Assembly (NCBI GenBank): GCA_005223095.1
Contig: NJBQ01000001.1
Location: 8,408-72,407 of the forward strand
Origin: Candidatus Aerophobetes bacterium Ae_b3a
Lineage (GTDB): Bacteria; Aerophobota; Aerophobia; Aerophobales; AE-B3A
Direction: 5' to 3'
DNA: 64,000 nt
Shown: piece by piece, positions 59,813 through 64,000 of the stretch
How positions within the stretch are numbered: the first letter of the stretch is position 1
Layout of the letters: the number at the start of each line of letters is the position of its first letter
Made by a program: the position numbers and the translations under genes
The notes under the pieces: generated by a model
What the model saw: only the letters and a program-made list of their open reading frames with translations
What the model was told of the DNA's origin: nothing
Database searches by the model: none

Positions 59813-61105
59813 ATGATTTCCCGGGAAAGAGTAAAACTTGCTATCAATCACAAAGAAGCCGATAGAATTCCCCTTGATTTGGGAAGTACACTTGTGACAG
59901 GAATACAGGCAAGTATTTATGCTAAACTCAAAAATGCGCTGGGTATATCAAAGGGATTGGTTAAAGTATATGATCCCTTTCAGATGCTTGCAGAAGTTGA
60001 AGATGAGGTCAAGCAATTACTGGGAGTAGATACGTATGGTATCCAATTACCTGTAACATTATTTGGATACAGGAATGAGAATTGGAAAAAATTTAGAATG
60101 TTTGACGGTACAGAGGTTTTAATCTCAGGAAATTTTGAGTATGACCTGCTTGAAAACGGAGATATTGTTCAGTATCCGAAAGGAGACAGGAGTGCTCCTC
60201 CATCCGGAAAGATGCCCAAAGGAGGATATTATTTTGACGTGATAGTAAGGCAGGAGCTAATTGATGAGAGCAAACTCGACCCCAAAGAATGGGTTGAACA
60301 AACATACTCCCTATACACAGATGAAGATCTGGAGTATCTGGAGAAAACCTCTAGATGGTATTATAAGAACACTGACTATTCTCTGGTAGGTAATTTTTGG
60401 GGAGCAGGATTTGGAGATATAGCAACTGTTCCCGGTCCCCATATCCCCTACCCAAAAGGGATTAGAGATGTGGAGGAATGGTATGTGTCAGCGATAACAA
60501 GGAAACAGTATATAAAAGAGATATTTCAATATCAGCTTGAGCTTCAGATGAAGAATCTCAAGATGTATAGGGAGGCAGTTCAGGATCGGATAGACATAAT
60601 TGTGATGAGCGGTACAGATTTTGGAGCTCAGAACGGCCCTTTTATATCACCAAATCTATACAGAGAGGTTTTTAAACCACTACATAAAGCCATGAATGAT
60701 TGGATTCATGAAAATACAAATTGGAAAACCTTTTTTCATACCTGTGGCTCTATCGTAGATTTTTTAGACGATTTTGTAAGTGCTGGCGTTGATATATTAA
60801 ACCCTGTCCAGATATCCGCAGCCGGGATGGATCCAGATTTTTTAAAGAAAAACTATGGAGATAAATTTGTATTCTGGGGCGGAGGTGTTGATACACAAAA
60901 GACCTTGCCTTTTGGAACCCCTGAAAATATAAAAGAAGAAGTTGAAAATAATATGCTCACATTTGGTAAAGGGGGAGGATTTGTATTTAATACCGTCCAT
61001 AACATACAGCCTAGTGTCCCTATAGACAACCTGGTAACAATGTTTGAAACTGTGCGTGAAAAAGGCACTTATGATTACTTAAAGAAGCAAAGTCTTAAGA
61101 AATAA
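59813..61105 (+). CDS. uroporphyrinogen decarboxylase (URO-D)-superfamily protein (decarboxylase or methyltransferase-like; specificity unclear)
   Basis: AGGAGG RBS. N-terminal RERVKLAINHKEADRIPLDLGS resembles the URO-D/MtaA-family start. 430 aa TIM-barrel-sized protein. Confidence 0.5.
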   Translation: MISRERVKLAINHKEADRIPLDLGSTLVTGIQASIYAKLKNALGISKGLVKVYDPFQMLAEVEDEVKQLLGVDTYGIQLPVTLFGYRNENWKKFRMFDGTEVLISGNFEYDLLENGDIVQYPKGDRSAPPSGKMPKGGYYFDVIVRQELIDESKLDPKEWVEQTYSLYTDEDLEYLEKTSRWYYKNTDYSLVGNFWGAGFGDIATVPGPHIPYPKGIRDVEEWYVSAITRKQYIKEIFQYQLELQMKNLKMYREAVQDRIDIIVMSGTDFGAQNGPFISPNLYREVFKPLHKAMNDWIHENTNWKTFFHTCGSIVDFLDDFVSAGVDILNPVQISAAGMDPDFLKKNYGDKFVFWGGGVDTQKTLPFGTPENIKEEVENNMLTFGKGGGFVFNTVHNIQPSVPIDNLVTMFETVREKGTYDYLKKQSLKK

Positions 61106-61120
61106 GTGGTCAGTTCTTGC

Positions 61121-62362
61121 TTATATTCTATCCAAATCTGCTTCTACTTCTGTTTCCTCTCCTGCATAAATATACAAGTATTGTACGTAGGCTCGGTAAT
61201 ATTCTTTTATTATCACTACCTCATGCCAGCCCTCCTCTATATTAGTTATAGTCAAAGGAGTGGTTCCTCCTTCTATTCCATTCAAGAACACTCTGGCGTA
61301 GCGAGGTGAGGATGTGACGTAGAGAGAACCTGTCATTGGTTCGAGCTGGGCAAATACCTGGGCGGTTATATTTTGCTTCACCCGAACAGTGGAGTACCAA
61401 TCATAGTAGCCATCTTTACTTATTCTAATCTGGTATTCACCTACTTTTAAATTACTGATAGTAAGAGGAGTTCTCCCCCGGTAGGCACCAGCGAGATAAA
61501 CCTTAGCATTGGAGGGAGTAGAGTTTATATAAATTGAGCCTGTTCTAGGAACAGGTTCAAGTCGAGCAAATACATAAGTAGTACTACTTCCTTTTACCTG
61601 AACCGTTTCTGAGTAATTATAATAGTCTTTTTTAGTAACTTTGATAGTGTGCTTGCCCACTTTGACATTGCTAAGAGTGATGGGTGTTTTCCCACGGTAG
61701 GCACCATCGAGATAGACCTCGGCATAAGATGGGGTGGAAGTAACTTTAATTTTTCCGTATTGGGGGACTACTTTGCTGATGACATTGAAAGTGCAACTAG
61801 CCCCAGCCCGATTGGGTTGTGGAATAATTTTTATTTGCTCGTTGAACTTAGTGGCAAAGCCTTCCTCTGACCTGCTGATAACAGGGTATCTTTCTTCTGG
61901 ATGCTCATCATGGTATCTCCGGATTTCCTCATCAGAGAAAAACCACCAGGGGCTAGTAGTGGCAGTAGCTCTGATTATCGCTTTTCCCAGAGGACGAGTA
62001 ACCTCGAAGCGGAACTTGTCACTGGCAGAGGGAATAGCATGAACCTTGTTAGCCTCAAAAAAGTTATTTTTCCGATAACGATTGGGAAGGAGAAGTCTTA
62101 TCCTGCCACCTGACCTCTGCTCAAAAAGGGTTAGATAACAGTCCTTATTGGACTTGAAATATATAGTTATGTCTTCTCCTACCGTATAGCTCTTCCCACA
62201 TCCTTTGTCTATCCATACTTCAATCCTGAAATCCGGTACTGGTCTAATGGTTATTTTCCCGGATTGGGGTTTTGTTTCTTTCTGGGCCAGGACAGGCGAA
62301 AAAATATTTCCTAATAACACTATTCCTATGATTGCTCCCAATAAAAACTTTTTATTTTTCAT
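61121..62362 (-). CDS. secreted protein with an N-terminal DUF4384-like region and three tandem PEGA domains
   Basis: Signal peptide MKNKKFLLGAIIGIVLLGNIFSPVLA. Three ~70-aa repeats of the form S.P.A.VYL.G.YRG.TP.T..N.KVG.H.I...K.GY, which is the PEGA pattern. Confidence 0.65.
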   Translation of the reverse strand: MKNKKFLLGAIIGIVLLGNIFSPVLAQKETKPQSGKITIRPVPDFRIEVWIDKGCGKSYTVGEDITIYFKSNKDCYLTLFEQRSGGRIRLLLPNRYRKNNFFEANKVHAIPSASDKFRFEVTRPLGKAIIRATATTSPWWFFSDEEIRRYHDEHPEERYPVISRSEEGFATKFNEQIKIIPQPNRAGASCTFNVISKVVPQYGKIKVTSTPSYAEVYLDGAYRGKTPITLSNVKVGKHTIKVTKKDYYNYSETVQVKGSSTTYVFARLEPVPRTGSIYINSTPSNAKVYLAGAYRGRTPLTISNLKVGEYQIRISKDGYYDWYSTVRVKQNITAQVFAQLEPMTGSLYVTSSPRYARVFLNGIEGGTTPLTITNIEEGWHEVVIIKEYYRAYVQYLYIYAGEETEVEADLDRI

Positions 62363-62602
62363 GATTTTCTCCTTTCCAAACTAATGAAATTATTTCCTCT
62401 CTCATATATTTAGACTCAGAAAAGGAAGAAATGTTCCCTTTTTACTGAGGAATCTTTCTTAACAAAGATTAATTTGCCTATAGATTAACATAATTCTTGG
62501 CAGAAAGCAAATACTCGCTAGCTTCTAGAAAGGGATTGATGTTGACAAATAGCCTCCCTTGTGTAAAATAGATGGAAAACAGTTAATCAGAGTGAATTCA
62601 TT

Positions 62603-64000
62603 ATGACAGAGCAGACAAGATTGGTGGAAGAGAAGCTGGTAAAGGAAAGAAAAGATAAGCTTCAATTCTGGATAGAGAAAGAGGGGAATCCTTATCTGGC
62701 AAATTTTACTCCTCGCCATTCTGCCCAATGGATAAAGGATAACTATGAGGAGATAAAGCCAGGAGAAGAAACAGATACAGAGGTATGGATAGCAGGAAGG
62801 ATTATTACTTTGCGGGCTCATGGGAAAACGAGTTTTGCCGATATAAAAGACGAGAAGGGCAGAATTCAGGTTTATGCCAGGAAAGATGTGCTGGGTGAGA
62901 AATATACTCTCTTCCGGAAACTGGACCTGGGGGATATAATTGGGATAAAAGGTAAGGTCTTTAAGACAAGAACGGGTGAGGTAACCGTGCAAATTCTCCA
63001 ATTTTCTCTTCTGGCCAAGTCTCTTCGTTCTCTTCCAGAGAAGTGGCATGGACTACAGGATATAGAACTTCGCTACCGAAAACGCTACCTGGACCTATTA
63101 TCTAACCCTGAGGTGAAGACAGTCTTTTTACAGCGCGGACTAATAGTAAGATTAATAAGGGATTTTCTAAATCAAAGGGGATTTCTAGAAGTAGAAACTC
63201 CTATGATGCAGCCTATTGCTGGAGGGGCTACAGCCAGGCCCTTCAAAACTCATCATCAAGCTCTAAAACAGGACTTCTATCTACGCATTGCTCCCGAACT
63301 TTATCTTAAGAAATTGGTGGTGGGAGGGCTGGAAAAGGTCTATGAGCTAAATAGAAATTTCAGAAATGAAGGAATGGACAGATTCCACAACCCTGAATTC
63401 ACTATGCTGGAGGTCTATTCTGCTTATAGCGATTACACAAGAATGATGACTTTCACAGAGGAACTCATCTGTGAGATAGCAAAGAAGGCAAAAGGAACTC
63501 TAAAAATAGATTACCAGGGAAAGAAAATTAATCTTTCCCCTCCCTGGAAAAGGATAACCTTCAAGGATGCGCTTAAAGAGATAGGAGGGGTTGAGGTTGA
63601 TTATGATGATGAAAAAGAACTAAGAAAAGTAGCTAGGGAGTCTGGCTTAGAAGTAGAGGGGTTAAGAAACGAGCAGATAATGGAGCATCTCCTGGACAAA
63701 CATGTCGTTCCTGAGTTAATTCAACCCACATTCATATTTGATTACCCTTCTTCTACTTCTCCCCTGGCTAAGAGAAAAAAGGATAATCCCTCTTTAATAG
63801 AAAGGTTCGAAATATTTGTAGGAGGAGAGGAGCTAGGTAATGCTTACTCAGAATTAAATGACCCCCTTGAACAAAGAGAGCGATTATTAGAGGTGAAAAC
63901 AAGAGAAAACTCATTGGATGAGGATTTTTTGGAGGCATTGGAGTATGGGATGCCTCCTACCTCTGGTTTGGGGATAGGAATAGACCGAATGGTTATGCTT
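62603..64000 (+). CDS. lysS: lysine--tRNA ligase, class II (3' partial; runs off the window)
   Basis: Anticodon-binding OB-fold region (VWIAGRIITLRAHGKTSFADIKDEKGRIQVY). Class II motifs FRNEGMDRFHNPEFTMLE (motif 2) and GLGIGIDRMVML (motif 3). Absent from the ORF track because no stop falls within the window. Confidence 0.9.
   Translation, partial: MTEQTRLVEEKLVKERKDKLQFWIEKEGNPYLANFTPRHSAQWIKDNYEEIKPGEETDTEVWIAGRIITLRAHGKTSFADIKDEKGRIQVYARKDVLGEKYTLFRKLDLGDIIGIKGKVFKTRTGEVTVQILQFSLLAKSLRSLPEKWHGLQDIELRYRKRYLDLLSNPEVKTVFLQRGLIVRLIRDFLNQRGFLEVETPMMQPIAGGATARPFKTHHQALKQDFYLRIAPELYLKKLVVGGLEKVYELNRNFRNEGMDRFHNPEFTMLEVYSAYSDYTRMMTFTEELICEIAKKAKGTLKIDYQGKKINLSPPWKRITFKDALKEIGGVEVDYDDEKELRKVARESGLEVEGLRNEQIMEHLLDKHVVPELIQPTFIFDYPSSTSPLAKRKKDNPSLIERFEIFVGGEELGNAYSELNDPLEQRERLLEVKTRENSLDEDFLEALEYGMPPTSGLGIGIDRMVML

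Noticed and set aside
59110-59847. ORFs 59110-59451 (+) and 59626-59847 (-) in the topA upstream region
   Set aside because: They overlap the topA start or the URO-D start, have no RBS or domain signal, and the region contains repeat-module fragments. Treated as non-coding.
62525-63049. 174-aa minus-strand ORF
   Set aside because: It lies entirely inside the lysS coding region on the opposite strand. lysS carries unmistakable class II aaRS motifs. The ORF has a low-complexity, stop-prone composition.

Overview
Low-GC bacterial chromosomal window with Firmicutes-like synteny (topA-xerC-hslV-hslU, hflKC, lysS, rpsI and a complete trp operon), dominated by carbohydrate-utilisation genes. No rRNA, tRNA or CRISPR array was recognised. 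Three observations stand out. (1) A ~380-bp non-coding block of roughly 95% identity sits upstream of the two family-5 substrate-binding-protein ABC operons, whose proteins are clearly diverged; it starts with a TTGACA-17-TATACT promoter followed by a ~300-nt leader, making it a candidate cis-regulatory RNA or mobile promoter cassette, and a shorter purine-rich motif from it recurs upstream of a third sugar ABC operon. (2) A tight four-gene minus-strand operon encodes a small protein, a membrane protein, a CbbQ/MoxR-type AAA+ ATPase with an unusual N-terminal extension, and a large HExxH-containing protein ending in a vWA domain, bounded on both sides by repeat elements. (3) The intergenic space carries a mosaic of interspersed short repeats: GC-rich CCCTCTCCCC/GGGGAGAGGG palindromes, TCACCA repeats, CGTATCTCG repeats and a multi-hairpin GCGAAGCGAAGCAATC element, inserted between trp genes, between hslV and hslU, and around the AAA+/vWA operon. 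Coding content: a truncated DUF1016 fragment plus a possible DUF2851 fragment; a nucleotidyltransferase next to a degraded HEPN remnant; GH1 beta-glucosidase; an SbcD-like phosphoesterase with a Rad50/SbcC-like ATPase that has a membrane hairpin in its coiled coil; two tandem GH130 paralogs; a GT4 plus (alpha/alpha)6 hydrolase-like fusion; two five-gene family-5 (Dpp/Opp-type) ABC transporters; GH78 rhamnosidase; an AlkD-like protein; the trp operon led by trpB2; rpsI; hflK-hflC; a four-gene AAA+/vWA operon; a family-1 sugar ABC operon; two GH4 glycosidases; hslVU; xerC; topA; a URO-D-like protein; a PEGA-repeat secreted protein; and lysS (3' partial).
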